Positions 35,672 through 50,500 of a stretch of 64,000 nt of DNA are shown piece by piece. The position numbers and the translations under genes are program-made. Each line of letters begins with the position of its first letter. Position 1 is the stretch's first letter. Under the pieces are notes generated by a model. It made no database searches and was not told the origin of the DNA. It worked only from the letters and a program-made list of their open reading frames with translations. The stretch is from Azolla caroliniana (lineage: Eukaryota > Plantae > Polypodiophyta), in the NCBI GenBank assembly GCA_043228905.1, contig JBHGNT010000011.1, positions 4,402,001 through 4,466,000 on the forward strand. The letters run 5' to 3'.

Positions 35672-36082
35672 TGTCACAGACACACCAACCGCGGACTCAG
35701 ATGAAGCATGGATGATGGGGCTAGAGTGTGGAACTTAAGAAGCTAGGAATGACACAAGAGCATCAAGACAGAGATAAAGAACAAGGAGACAAGATGGGGC
35801 AAAGCAAGAATATTGGATTGATGTGTCAATGACTAGTGTTGAATCCCTTCAAAGGGACCAAGGAGGTTACAAGTATTTATACAAGTTCTGAGATTGAGTA
35901 TCTCTCGAATATACTCGAGAAATATCTCTAGAATATACCCTTCTAGAATATAACGTACAATATTTCTAGAATATACTAACAACTAGAATATTTTGATTCT
36001 GAAATGTACTATATGCTAGACTATACAATACTAAACTATTATATACAAATACATACTCATATCAAAATGGTTGAGCATGACA
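35672..36082. mobile_element. Possible isolated LTR
   Basis: tgtca...tgaca ends, a minus-strand TATAAATA and tctagaata repeats. No matching TSD. Confidence 0.35.
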
Positions 36083-36232
36083 TGTTGTTGATGTGAGGTT
36101 GCAAGTTCAATACTCACCAACAATGTATTTGATTTCACTTAATAAGTAGAACTTTAACACAGAGAAAGATGTGCAATTGGTTTAATGTGCATAGAATTAA
36201 TAAACCAAATAATGTAGTGATTTTATACATAT

Positions 36233-37180
36233 TGTGATATGCACATAAGAGATCAAACTGGTAGCTTCTTACTTCTTAATCAATTTATAGTTGATACAAC
36301 GAAACCCATTTGGGTTGGCTTGGCTTGGCTAAACATGGTGTGCTAAAAGGGTGGGTCAACTTGAGCACACGCATCCTAAAAAGGGTGAGCTAAAAGGGTG
36401 GCACAAAGGAAAACATGCACACCACATTTCCCCCCTGCGAGAAACAAGAGATTGAGGGGCATGAGTGACCATGTGTGGTCCTTGCCGGGATCTGGAACAC
36501 GAACAATAGTTGGAGTGAGAGGCCATGTGCGGTCCTCACCGGAGACTGGAACACAAACGAGAGTGAGCGACCATGCGGCCCTCACTGGGAACAGGAACAC
36601 GAACGGGAGTGAGCGGCCATGTGCAGCCCTCTTCGAGAACTCGAACACGAACGGGCATGAGCGACCATGCGGCCCTCACCAGGAACTAGAACACGAACAC
36701 CAACAGGAGTGAGCAGCCATGTGTGGCCCTCATCGGGAACTAGAACACGAACACGAACACGAAAGAAACTAAAAAATAGAGACAATGAAGCGATGTTGAT
36801 GATGAAGCGGTGGATATCGGGAGGCCTAACTAGTGAACTAAGGCGGTGCTAATAGAAGAGATACTACTACAAGAGACTAACAAGAGTGTCGGTGATGGTG
36901 GTGAGGGCGATGCTACCTACGAAGCGGAAAAGGCGGATGCTTGGATGTGGGGGACTGGTACCCTGCATCTCCACCAATATGTGATATGCACATAAGAGAT
37001 CAAATTCAATCTACTTAGCTTCTTACTTCTTAATCAATTTATAGTTGATACAACGAAACCCATTTGGGTTGGCTTGGCTTGGCTAAACATGGTGTGCTAA
37101 AAGGGTGGGTCAACTTGAGCACACGCATCCTAAAAAGGGTGAGCTAAAAGGGTGGCACAAAGGAACACATGCACACCACA
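36233..37180 (-). mobile_element. TRIM-like non-autonomous LTR element (948 bp)
   Basis: Near-identical LTRs at 36233-36426 and 36980-37180 (tgtg...caca). Minus-strand PBS tggtggagatgcaggg (36961-36976), PPT cagggggaaa, and ATAT on both flanks. Confidence 0.85.
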
Positions 37181-37189
37181 ATATATTAA

Positions 37190-37400
37190 TATGTCAACAC
37201 CTCCAAATTTGAAGAATATGCTTGTGAAGGATCAAAATAAGGATAAACCATGCATCATGTAAAATAATCAACCACTTGAAATTGTAGAAAGCTTCGAATA
37301 TATTGGGCTTGTGGTTCCCTCCAATCATAGATGGAATGAATTTGCTACCTATCATCTAGATGGAGAAATAAGACTTATTATGCAAACTATAAGTGGTGAA
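37190..37400 (+). mobile_element. LINE reverse-transcriptase remnant
   Basis: Degenerate VNTSK...NNQPLEIVESFEYIGL, the V..FxYLG motif of non-LTR RTs. Confidence 0.55.
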
Positions 37401-39904
37401 TACTCACGTTTCACATATTATACTATATTGCACCAAGCTACAAAACTATCTTTTTCTCTAGACATGGAAATATATATGTTGTATGTGTAGATATGCATGC
37501 ACACACACACATTAAAAATTTAATTAGAAGAATACTTATAAGTGACACCAAGGAAGTTGAAACAATATATGAGAGTTTGGATCAAGAGACCTTCGGCCAA
37601 TACGTGAGAGCAAGTATTTTAGACAAAGAGAAGTAAGCAGTAATGAGACATGACCATTCAAAGAGATCTCCGACAAATTAAGCAAAGGCCCAAGAGTAAA
37701 ACGTGATTATTGAAAATAGTTGCATGCACACATGGGTATATACAAGTCAATTTTGGTCATTGATGTACAATATATGCACAATCTTGTGCATGGGCATTAT
37801 TAATATGGTCATGGATGGATGTATTATTCTCATGGATGGGCCACATATAGGCCATGGAATGTGTCATAGATGCTAACCACCCAATAGATTAGGTGAATTT
37901 TGAAATGTCATCATAAGGGATGTAATAGATCCTAACCATTCAATTGATAAAATAAAATCCCCTTCACAACCACGATTTGATGTAAGTGTTGTGGATGACA
38001 TAGATATTTATCATTGCTATACAATATCACCTATTGACTCTCTTTGCCAAATCCACCAATTCTCATTCACTTAGGACTACATGAATAAAGAGCACATAAA
38101 TATTTTGTTGAAACAACTACAATTTGATTAATAGCCCATGTATAGAATATTTTCATTGATAAATTTGGAGGTTGTATTTTAGTTTTTATAAATGCTTAAA
38201 TTACACTACACGTTGAAAACAAAAAAGGTTGAAGCAGAATGCTCTATGTGGGACAATCGTTTGCATCTAGGACATGTATTTTTTCTTTTGAAATAAACTC
38301 AAAAAAACATGAATAGTGAATTATTACATTGTCGAGTATTATTAATGAATGTAAAATGATTGTATATAGATGCCTTATATGTATTAGACATGTTTGATCC
38401 CCTTTTCTCTTTAAGGATAACTGATTCATTTATCTTCCAACTTTTGTTTCTCTCCCTCCAAACTTGTCCAAAAAATCTCATGAATTTCCCTTCATATCTT
38501 CTCTCTTGGATCCTCAATCTATACTCCACTATCTCTCCTCTTTTCTCTTCTTGTTACACGTCTATATTTGTTTTTTTTAATGTATTTATTTTTTCTCCCC
38601 CTTAACCTTAAATGCTAGGGTTCACATGATTGAAATATTATAGACTATGATATCTTTGAAATAGGAGTGGACTATATGTCAATCATCAACAAACATGGAG
38701 ATAAGGTGAGATATATGTCGCATCACACGTTAATATATCATATTCCACAAATGTGTATCCACAACAATTAATCATACTTCCTCTAATATGTTTCTAGAAA
38801 TTTAACCATCATCAACATTTGAATGCACATGTTTTCACACATTAAGGGACCAATCTCCATCACAATCAACACAAGCATGTCTAACAACCCACACATTTGC
38901 CATGCATGTAGTTCCCCATCTTTTATATGCATGATCAGAAGACAAGGATCATGATTTTGGCTCTAGCCCCATCTCGCGTTTACATTTCTAGTCCACAACA
39001 CCTTCGAATAATGTCATCCCTCTCATTCAGTTTGAATTCAATATATGAGATACAATAGATTTGACTTTATTGTTGCCTTCAAATGATGCATGAGATTGGA
39101 AAGAACATAAAAATATATATATGGGAGGTAAGAAATATGGCCAAATGACAAAACATATGTGCCTATGTTCTTCTAATGCCACAAGATCATACAAAAAGAA
39201 GTCGAAACTTCGTAGGGGCGATTTTATCCAACGATGAGGTTGAGGGTTCATGAGATCATACTTCTAAAGCAACTAGTTGTTTTCCATAGAGAATTGCTTA
39301 CTTCCTCTCTTTCCAAAGTTTTGTATCTTATCAAGTTCCCCACTTTCATGTCACAAGTTGGTTCACAAATTATTACTTTTCTTGAAAGCTTTTCTTCAAT
39401 AGTATTAAGAAATGTCTGAAGGCTACAACTTGAAGTTTTCTGCCCAAAGGCTTACAACATAGAATAAAAGACATTGTATGTACACCAAAACTTGTACATG
39501 CAAAAACAACTTATAAAGGGGTGTTGAAACTTGATGCGGTACATTGCCATGGTGTACTGATATTCAAGAAATGGTCCATGGAAGTCATAATGTTACCATA
39601 GTCGTTGTTTTCCATACATGGACAGATCACACCTACTTTCGAGGTTGCTGAAACGGACTAATTGATATTAATCTTCTATTGTGTACCGTTGTGACCTTGT
39701 TTCACATTAAGATTCTTTGCAATCCAAATTAAGTCGATCTTCTATGTGTCAAAAGATATGATAATTATGCTGATAAAATTGTGCATTAGGGTGGTGTATC
39801 AAATTGTAGTTCACTTTGCATAGGATGTTATGAATGATCGATATGTGCATGAGAAATAGGAATAGGCACAAAACTTTGAAATTTGAGCATAATAATAAGT
39901 CTAG

Positions 39905-42900
39905 TGTTGGGAAATCGGTCCCTCCAGATGGGATCCGGTTATGAATGAAGTGAACCCCATGAGAACCGAAAGAGATCCGGAAACCGGATTGGATAGACCT
40001 GGTGAGAACTGGATGAGAAGACATATTTGTAAATATGTTTTGAGTAAGCCTATTGAAGCTATATTTGTAAATAGCCCTAAGTTCATATAAGTATAAATAT
40101 GACTTAGGGCAATCACATTATGTGATGTAGTCATATTGTTGTATGTGCATAACTATTGTATAGAGAGAGAGAGAGAGAGAGATACAAAGCGATACTCTGT
40201 TGTAATCGCCGACTGGCGAAGATACAGAGCTCGAGGTCGTTGCCTCTGAGTTTCTAAGTGTACCCTCTTTCTTCTTAGTGTTAGTTTGGAGTATGTGGGC
40301 TCCCGTGGTTTTTCCCTATTAGGGTTTTCCACGTAAACATCTTGTGTACTCTCTATTGTTTGTGTGGGTACGTCCGTTCTCTCCCCATTTCCCATTTCTG
40401 TGTTTGATCCTTAAACGAAGTGTTTCATTACTCGGTTATGGCCGAGCTATATTCCGCGCTATTCTCTTCAAACTGTATCAGAGCGAACAACACAGGAAAT
40501 GGAAGAATCGTTCGACGGCATGTTCAAGCTCACTGACTCCAACTACTCAATGTGGAAGTTGAAGATGAGGGATGTGCTGGTGGTTAAAGATCTTTGGTTG
40601 CCGGTTTAGTTCGGTGACAAGAGACCGGATAAGATCGATGCCACAATGTGGGAGGTGATACACATGAAGACGACGACATACATTCAGTGCTTCATCAACA
40701 TGAGCTTATACAACAACTTCAATGAAGAGAGCAAGGCTCATGAACTCTGGGAGAAGATTGGCATCATGTTCCAGAACAAGAATGCTATGAATTAGGTTTC
40801 GGTATTCTGGAAGGTAGTGAGGCTCCAGTACCAGGACGGCTCCAGTATGGCAGAGCACATGAATGCCTTCCAGGGACTTATTCACTAGGCAACCTCGTTG
40901 GAAGTACCTCTTGCCGATGAGGTACTCGCATTACTCCTGCTCGATTCCCTCCCGGATAGTTAGGAGACGCTAGTTGTCACGTTGGGCAACGCCGGGCCGG
41001 AAGGAAAAAAGTTGTCCCTAGCAAGGGTAAAATCAAGCTTGCTAGATAAAGAAGCTCGCCGGAAGGACCGGGAATGCGGAACCGATCCAAAGGTCTTGGC
41101 CACGGAAGATGGCCACAACTAGGGAAGAGGCCGGTATCGGAGTCCCCAAAATCAGGACAAGTTGGGGACGAGGTCGAAGTCAAGGGGGAGGCCTACTTGC
41201 TTCTACTATGGGAAGCCGGGGAACTTCCAGAAGAACTGTTGGCATTTTCGGAAAGACAAAGAAATCGGCACCACCGATTCAAAGAAGAGTTCGAATCGAA
41301 ACGGTTCGGATCGGAAGGGAACGTCGGCGATCGCAACAAGTGAAGAAGAACTTATGCTCATTACCACAAAGAATGAGTTAAACTTTGTCAGTGATGAGAC
41401 AATGTGGGTTGTTGATTCCGGAGCGTCGTTCCACCTGACACCAGACCGGAGATGCTTGTCATCCTACACAACCGGTGATCATGGTTGTGTTCGGATGGGG
41501 AATGAAGGCACATGCCAAATTGTCGGCATAGGAGATGTGTTGTTGACGACATCAACCGGATGCAAGTTGCTGTTGAAGGATGTCCGACACGTTCCAGAGG
41601 TTCGACTGAACCTGATATCAGCTAATCGACTAGATGATGAAGGCTACACAGGTAGCATCCGGAACGGAGTCATGAAGTTCAGCAAGGGAAGCTTGATTGT
41701 GGCTCGAGCCAGGAAGGTCAACACATTTTACTTAATGCATGCCCAGATATGTCGGGAAGAAGTGAACATAGCATCCAACACTGCCAGTGAGCTGTGGCAC
41801 AAAAGACCGTATCACATGAGTGAGAAGGGGATGAAGAGGCTTGCCGAAGACAATCTTATTCCGGTGAAGTATGTGCAACTTGAGAAGTGCATTGATTGTT
41901 TGGCCGACAAACAAAACCGAACCTCCTTCCGGTCAAGACCACCGATGAGACGGAATGCATCACTGGAGCTGGTGCATACCGATGTGTGTCAAGTGGACAC
42001 GAAGTCACATGCCGGATCGCAATACTTCGTGACGTTCATAGACGACCACACCCGGAAGTTGTGGGTCTCACCATTGAAGACGAAGGATCAGGTGTTATCC
42101 GTCTTCAAGGAGCTTCACGCGAGAGTGGAAAGAGAAACCAACCGGAAGTTGAAGGCGGTTCGAGGAGATAATAGAGGAGAATATAGGGGGTAGTTCGAGG
42201 AGTATTGTCCGTCGAAGGGAATCCGGCTCGAATTTACTGTGCCAAAGATGCCGGAATTGAATGGGTTGGCCGAAAGGATGAACCGAACCATAATGGAAAG
42301 AGTCCGGAGCATGCTCACACATGCCAAGTTACCCAATACGTTTTGGTCTGAGGCGTTGACGACGGTGACCTATGTGATAAACAGATCACCCTCATTACCC
42401 TTGGGAGGAGACTCACCTCAAAAAGTATGGGCGAATAAAGATGTATCTTACCGGCATCTGAAGGTGTTCGGGTGTCTCGCATACGTGCATGTGGTGAAGG
42501 ACAAGAGAGCAAAGTTGGATCCGAAGTCCCGGCCATGCATATTTCTTGGATACGACGATGATGAGTTCAGTTACCGGGTGTGGGATCTGGTCGACAAGAA
42601 GGTGTTCCGGAGTTGGGACATAGTCTTCATGGAAGACAGAACCATTGCCGACTAGGAGTCGAAGAAGAAGATGATCAACTCTGGATCATCCAATGAAAAC
42701 CGGCCTGAGGACACAAGGACCTACTCGGTTGAAAACTGGATGTTAGCCGGTAACCGGATGACACTCGACAAACCGGCCGGATACGGACAGGAAACCAAAC
42801 CAACCGAAGAAGAAGACGAAGAAGAAGAAGACACCAGAACTAGACAAGATCCCAAATCGGATGAGGATGAGGAACAGACGGAGGAACCGATAGTCAGAAA

Positions 42901-45153
42901 CCAGGGACGGAGATATCCTCTCCAAGAGAGAAGAGCTCCCCGGAGATTTCCGGATGCAAAGCATGTGTTGCTAACCGATGAGGGGGAGCTGGAAAGCTTC
43001 GAAGAAGCAAAGAGACACCCATAGCTGCAAGTGGTTGAGTGCCATGTAGGATGAGATGGATTCCCTGCATGAGAACCACACATATGAACTGACGGAGTTG
43101 CCGAAAGGGAAGAGAGCACTCCGGAACAAGTGGATGTATAAGCTGAAACCGAGAGACGCCGGAAATCCACCAAGGTACAAAGCCTGGATCGTGGTGAAGG
43201 GCTTCCAACAGAAGAAAGGAGTGGATTTCAATGAGATCTTTGCCCCGGTAGTAAAGATGACATCCATCCGGATGGTATTGGGCATAGCGGCAAGCATGGA
43301 CCTCGATGAAGAGCAACTGGACGTCAAGATGGCATTCCTACATGGCAACCTCAAAGAAGAGATCTACATGCATCAACCGGAAGGATTTGAGAAGAAAGGG
43401 AAGAAGCACCTAGTGTGTCGATTGAAGAAGAGCTTATATGGATTGAAGCAAGCTCCCCGGCAATGGTACCAGAAGTTCGACTCCTTCATGACCAACCAAG
43501 GGTACCACAAGATGCAGGCCGATCACTGCGTGTTTGTGAAGAAATTTGACGGAGGAGATTTCCTGATACTTCTCCTATATGTGGATGATATGCTAATCGT
43601 CAAACGAGACCAAGGCAATATTCGAATGCTAAAGAAGGCTCTGAACCAGAACTTCTCAATGAAAGACTTGGGTCCAGCAAGACAGATGTTGGGAATGCAC
43701 ATCATCTGGGACCAGTCGAAGAAGTTGTTGTGGTTGTCACAGGAGAAGTACATGACAAAGGTGCTTCAATGTTCAACATGTCGGAGGCGAAGCTGGTCAG
43801 ATCGACACTTCTGTTAAACTGCAAGCTATTCGGAAAACAAAGTCCGAGGACAAAGGCGGAGAAGACGAATATGATGAAGATACCATATGCCTCTATTGTT
43901 GGAAGCCTGATGTATGCCATGGTATGTACCCGGCTGGATATCAGATATGCAGTTGGAATGGTGAGCTGATTCATGAGCAATCCCAGAAAAGAACACTGGA
44001 ATGCGGTCAAGTAGATACTCTAGTATTTGAAAGGCACCTCGAGTATGTGCCTCCGGTTCGGCTCTGGTAATCCCCAACTTGAAGAATCCACGGATTCAAA
44101 TATGTCGGCTGATGCGGATACCAGCCACTCTACATTCGGATATGTCATGACTTATGCAGGGGGGGCTGTATCATGGCAGTCGAGGTTGCAGAAGACGGTT
44201 GCGTTGTCAACCACGGAGGCGGAGTACATGGCAGCTGTAGAAGCCGACAAGGAGATAATCTAGATGAAGCACTTCATCAGAGATCTAGGGATCCAACAGG
44301 AGGAATATCGGCTCTACTGCGACAGTCAATGTGCTATCCACCTTGCAAAGAACGCGGCCTACCATTCCCGGACAAAACATATCCAACGGAGGTACCACTG
44401 GATCCGGGAGAGAGTAGAAGATCAAGATTTTGTGCTGACAAAGATCCACACGGAGGAGAACGGGTCGGATATGCTGACCAAGGTGCTGACAACCGACAAG
44501 TTGGATGTGTGTCGAAAGTAGATCAGGCTGACGAGACATCCCATGCCGGAGTGAAGGGGGAGGTTGTTGGGAAATCGGTCCCTCCGGATGGGATCCGGTT
44601 ATGAATGAAGTGGACCTGGTGAGAACCGGAAGAGATCCGGAAACCGGATTGGATTGGAAACCAGATCAGATAGACCTGGTGAGAACCAGATGAGAAGACA
44701 TATTTGTAAATATGTTTTGAGTAAGCCTATTGAAGCTATATTTGTAAATAGCCCTAAGTTCATATAAGTATAAATATGACTTAGGGCAATCACATTATGT
44801 GATGTAGTCATATTGTTGTATGTGCATAACTATTGTATAGAGACAGTGAGTGAGTGAGAGAGAGATACAAAGCGATACTCTGTTGTAACCGCCGACTGGC
44901 AAAGATACAGAGCTCGAGGTCGTTGTCTCTGAGTTTCTGAGTGTACCCTCTTTCTTCATAGTGTTAGTTTGGAGTCTGTGGGCTCTCGTGGTTTTTCTCT
45001 ATTAGGGTTTTCCACGTAAACATCTTGTGTACTCTCTATTGTCTGTGTGGGTATGTGTGTTCTCTCCCCATTTCCCATTTCTGTGTTTGATCCTTAAACG
45101 AAGTGTTTCATTACTCGGTTGTGGCCGAGCTATATTCCGCACTATTCCCTTCA
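39905..45153 (+). mobile_element. Full-length Copia LTR retrotransposon D (5249 bp, many stops), related to Copia A
   Basis: LTRs at 39905-40470 and 44565-45153, TSD TCTAG, a Met-type PBS remnant at about 40474 and PPT before 44565. Gag CCHC, VVDSGAS, integrase, LLYVDD and RNase H are present. Confidence 0.93.
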
Positions 45154-47552
45154 TCTAGCAAAATAGCTATTAAATGCAATAATACATCCCACCATGTGCC
45201 AAAATCAAATCCATGTCTTAAAACAATAAGAGGAGCGTGGTATTATCATGTTGAGGATTAACAAATGCATACAATAACTACATCCCCATACTTCATCAAC
45301 TTATGTCATGAACTTGAACCAAGTTGAACATGTGGATTTGTCGTAGTTAAAGTGTTTGATGAGATATTTTTTTCTTTACCCTCAAACTCATTTGAAATTA
45401 CTCAAATCCCCTTAAATTTTCCAACTTGCAATAAATGGTTAAGAAATCTAAACCCTTTAACTCACATTATGCATATGACAATGAAAATTTAATTTTTTGG
45501 GCACTAATTAAGAATCTCAATTGATGTTTTTAAACAAATAAAATAAACAAGAAAGGGTGCTAGACCACTCAATCACCCCTTAGCGAAGGTGAGGGGCGGA
45601 TTTGAGTTCCACATCAATTTCCCATACCATGGAATACGGATATGGATCGTACTTTGGGTTTAAAGAAGGCGGAACATAGATAGAGTGTTGCCACCATGAC
45701 AATGTCACCACATATTAACTCTTGTCCCCTTCATGAAGGTAGCTAGAATTTTCCTTTATAGGCTCAAAACCTATTCACACCGGACTACTTCATTAGAAGT
45801 GGTCAATTAATGAAATATTCATATGTTATCTCCCATGGTCGGATTGAGAATAAATCAATCCTTAAACTTCATTCATAGCAAGACAATAATGGGATGAAAT
45901 TCTGGACCATGACTTCAACAAGGCAAACAAGGACATAAAATCTTCGATCAAAAAAGAAAACACATTGATAATACGACTCCAACAAGGCATGTGTTTCATT
46001 CGGTGCATTAATTCGTCTCGAGCATGACATCCTCTGGGGTGGGTCAACGAGATATGTAGGTAGGTCCTCGTGGATCCACAAGCGAGACATCGAGACAGAG
46101 AGATGCGCACCGAGCTTCACGAATTGGTGCTCGCTCTAATCACAACACTCATGATGCAGGGTGTTGCATTCGGCACGATTCTTCTCGATCACAGCATCGG
46201 GTCCAACAAGGATGTTCGTGATCGGTCGGGCGAGGAACCACGGTGCGGGAGGTCCCAGGCAGGCAAGACGCGGCACGATACGAAGAGAAGAAAGAGTATT
46301 CATTACAACAAGAAGAAGAAGAATAACAGAAGAAGAAGAAGAAGAAGAAGAGTAACACAAGAAGAAGAAGAAAAAGAAGAAGAAAAAGAAGAAGAAGAAG
46401 ACATTAACAACGCAAATTTTCAAGCCAAAAGATGAACCTGTAGGCTTTTGTGGTGTTACACACACATCTCTCTCTCTCTCTTCTTCCTCACACCAAAAAG
46501 GCGACTTCTGTACATCGCCATCTGCCCCATCGCCATCGCCATCGCCACTCAGAAAAAGAAGAAGGAAGACGAAGACGAAGTCGAAGACGAAGACGAACAG
46601 AAGACCTCCTTCCTCTCCTCTCCTCCACCGCCTGCTTTCGCATCTCCATGGATGTCACTCTCCTCGAACCCTTGCTTGTTGCGTGCAGAGCAGACCACAT
46701 CCTTGGGACCAACTGCAGACCACCAGTTTGCAGAGACCTCCTGTGCCAGAGAGCTTCCATAAATCTACAGAGTCCTGGTTTCTACTGATTTTTTAGCATC
46801 ATCTCTCTGCAGGATCAAGAGAACAGAAGATTATTTCCGATTCTTGAGGCAAAGAAAGCGGCAGTTCTTCAGTGTCTTCAAATTTTCATGATCTCGAGGT
46901 TGGATCTTTATTGCTCGATTTTGATAAACTTCAAAGCCTCCATATTTTGAAGAGGTTTGGAATGACATTACTAATTTAACCTATTTCTGAAATTGTTTAA
47001 TTGGCAAAGCTATATACACATATACATATAATTTAGTTTTCTATTTCCTCTCAGAGGCCAGGACATATATCCATGCATGCATGCCAGTTATTGAAATAAT
47101 ATATTCTGTCAACAGTTCTAAAATTTGAGGTCTATTTCCTATATTAAACTGGAAGGCATATGTTCATGCAGGAATGGCAATAATTATTCTAATATATGAT
47201 GTTTCACTTCTAATTTTGAAGGTCTATGAAAATCCATCTACTCTTGCACCATGAACATAACATATGACATTGTACTTTAACTGTTCAAACATTCTAACTC
47301 TATGCTGCTTTGGTGGAGATCAATCTATCATTGCAAGCAACAAAGATTTATTGCCGAGTTTAAGTAAACTTTTAGGGTGACTTTGTGAGGGACAAAGACG
47401 TGTTAGGATTAAATGTAAAGCCAAGGAAAACTCAATCTCATTTATGAAGAACATAGATTTTTTGAGCTTATTGAACTTCAAAGATGACCACAAAGTCATG
47501 TAAAGATAATGGTGGTATTGTTTGCAGAGACAGCAATCACACAAACGCCAAC

Positions 47553-50500
47553 ATGAAGAGATACAAGCAGAGAACGATTGTAGAATTATTGAAGAAAACT
47601 CACAAGATCAGTAGACCAAGGGTATATTTTACACGAGTATACATCTGCAATGTGTATATGGCTATTTCTAAATAATAGGCTCTTATTAAAATATATTCTT
47701 ACACAGTCGACTTCAATTATGGAGGGGAAATTTCGAATGCAAGGGCCACTTGATGAATCGATTGCAGAGTTGGATGTTTTAGCATTACAGGTATTATGCA
47801 CTTTTATGAATCAATTGAGTATATAGATAGTATTTTCTTGGTTAGTTAAGAATATTAATGAAATTGGATCAACTTCCCATGTTGACTCTTCCTTAACTTT
47901 TCTTGGCCTGCTGTTTTTATCATAGATTTGTGGAAATTGTAGGAATTATCTCGATGCAAGCATCTCTCAAAATTGTGGCATCTGTAAGTTCAACATAACT
48001 GTGTGCTTACCATGTCCGGAAACTCAATATCCCTTAACTTTTTCCATATTTTCCCAAATGGCCCTAAGTATTTCTCATTTGCCCGTGCAACCAATTTTAT
48101 GCGTTTTTTGGTCAATTCACCCCTCTTTCTCTCAATTCTATGAGTTATTTGGGCTATTATATGGTTGATTTGTCTCTCTTTTCATTCTTTTGGGGGTTGA
48201 CCAGGGGCATTTGAGGAAATAATGCAAACTTAGCGGCATTTGGGGAACTAAAGGAAAACTCAGGGGTATCTTGGAGTTTCTCTTCTTGTTATTTACCCCT
48301 TATGTTGATGTTGAATGCTCTTTACTTTCACAGGCAAGAGAGGTTACCATGGATTTTGCTTGGAAGCTTCAAATGTACATAAATTGATCCTTTTACATAT
48401 CAGTAGAATTTCAGATATTTTGAACATTTTCTGTATATATGTTCACAGGCAGTTTAGTAACAAAAATGGGTTTTCTTTTGTATCAATGCAGGATGCAGTC
48501 GGTGGTGCTCGATCTTGCTATGATTGTAGGAATATTAGTCATGATGCAAAGCTATCTAACATTGAAGCTCAACCCGATTCACGGTTTGATGATAGTTTGG
48601 AAGGTTGTGATGGGACTTCAACTGGGACATTAAATGAATATTCAGGTTTACCAAATCAAATTGACCCAAGTTGGAAGGATTCAAAAATCAGTGCCGATAT
48701 GGATGGCGATGTCCTTTACAAACCGATAAAGGCACGCATTGCTCGGAAGCTTGGAATTCGCCGCAAAAAGGTTCTAGATGAAGTTGGACAAGGTAACTCC
48801 TCAGCACAAACAATGGATTGTGACCTAGATACTGCAACATTTGCACATAAACAACAATGCAGAGTTGCAGCTCCTTTGAGTAAGGGCTTACTGGAAGAGG
48901 AAAATAGTATTGCTACATGTGATCCTCCATATATGGGTAGAGTGAACAATATTGATGATATATCACCCTCTGGTGTAGAAAAACAAGAAAATGATAGAGT
49001 AAAGCTAGCAGAAGCTAATCTCCAAACAGACCGGGATGGCCAAGCCATTCAAATCAAAGGTATGGAGAATTCAATGGGAGAATGTGAGACTGTTGATAAG
49101 ATAATGTATGATGAGAAGTCAAATGTTGTGTCAGTCATCTCTCCTCATTCAACTAATAAAACATACTCTGCGAGGGATAATGTTTGCGAAGCACAATCCC
49201 GTGGAGTTGAGCAAGGGGTTGCAATTGAAGATTTAAATGTTTTGAATCAAACTGATTGTCAAATTCATGGATTGGCACAAACAGGAAAGAACAGAACTGG
49301 TAAGGATAATCTCCTCATCAAATCACCGAAAGAAGACGATGGAGCTGAGCAATCCATCAAAACATTGTCACCTGAGGATATAATCCAAAATGCAACAAAC
49401 ATGGGCCTACATGAGACAATGGATAAAACAGATGATTTTCCAATAGCTCACAGAACATCTATTATAGATGGGACTGCAACAAACAAAAGTCTGCCTTCAG
49501 GTGTACCCAAACAGGTTGAAGATTCAACACTGCAGCCTTCAGGTGAGAAACACACAGAAGCAAGTGAAGAACTGTTGGATGGCTCAGGTGCTTCAAAGTC
49601 AATTGATCAAAAGGAGGTGACATTGAAAGAAAGCCCATTGCCACTAGGTTCATCCAGCTCTAAGGCTTTGACTGAAGATGATGTAAGTTCTAATGTTTTT
49701 GAATAAAAATACTTTATATTATCTTACAACAGTCCCACAGACATGGAACAAAATTAACAATCCCAAACAAACATTCATATATGATGTTTGCAGTTCTTAT
49801 TTGTAGATATTAATAGAACATTTCTTTTCTTCTTTATCATTTTGTTTCCAAACTTTCTTGTCTATTAATGGTAGGTGAAAGTTTGCGACGTATGTGGTGA
49901 CAGTGGGTATGAATATCTGCTTGCAATTTGCAGTGAGTGTAATAGGGCAGAACATATGTAAGTTGTGAATTTTTAAAGCTATTTATCTTTTGATATTCAT
50001 ACATTCCGAAATCTTATATGCAACATTTTCCTTAATCACTTTGGGGGGTTTTGTATCCTACGTGCACAGGTACTGCTATCAAAACATGATGGCTCAGGTT
50101 CCAGAAGAGAACTGGCAATGTGAAGTTTGTAGCATCAGCATGAAACAGAGAGTTAGTGGTACACAACTTGTCACCGACTTGAGACTTAGTCCTTCACAAA
50201 CAAGATCTCCTTCTTTTAATAACTCTAAGAAACAGATGAGCACTGGAAATGCTCGTTCAAGGCTTTCTGCATTATTACAGAAAAGAAGATTGCTACCAGA
50301 GAAGAAAAGGGCATTAAAAGGGGCTCCTCCTCAGTTTGCTACGAAGAAATGTGCACTGCAGGATTTAATGGATGCTACCCCTTCCAAAAGACAGGTTGTG
50401 GAAGTTTCTAACCCTCTCCATATGTCATCTCCGAAGCTCAGTCTCTCCAGAGAAAGCTCCTTCAAGACTTCAGAGACAGGGAAAGTTAAGTTTATTTCTT

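Noticed and set aside
46070-46790. Short ORFs upstream of the AIPP2-like gene
   Set aside because: GAA and CT microsatellite-rich promoter/5' UTR-like DNA with no recognisable protein. A divergent first exon cannot be excluded.
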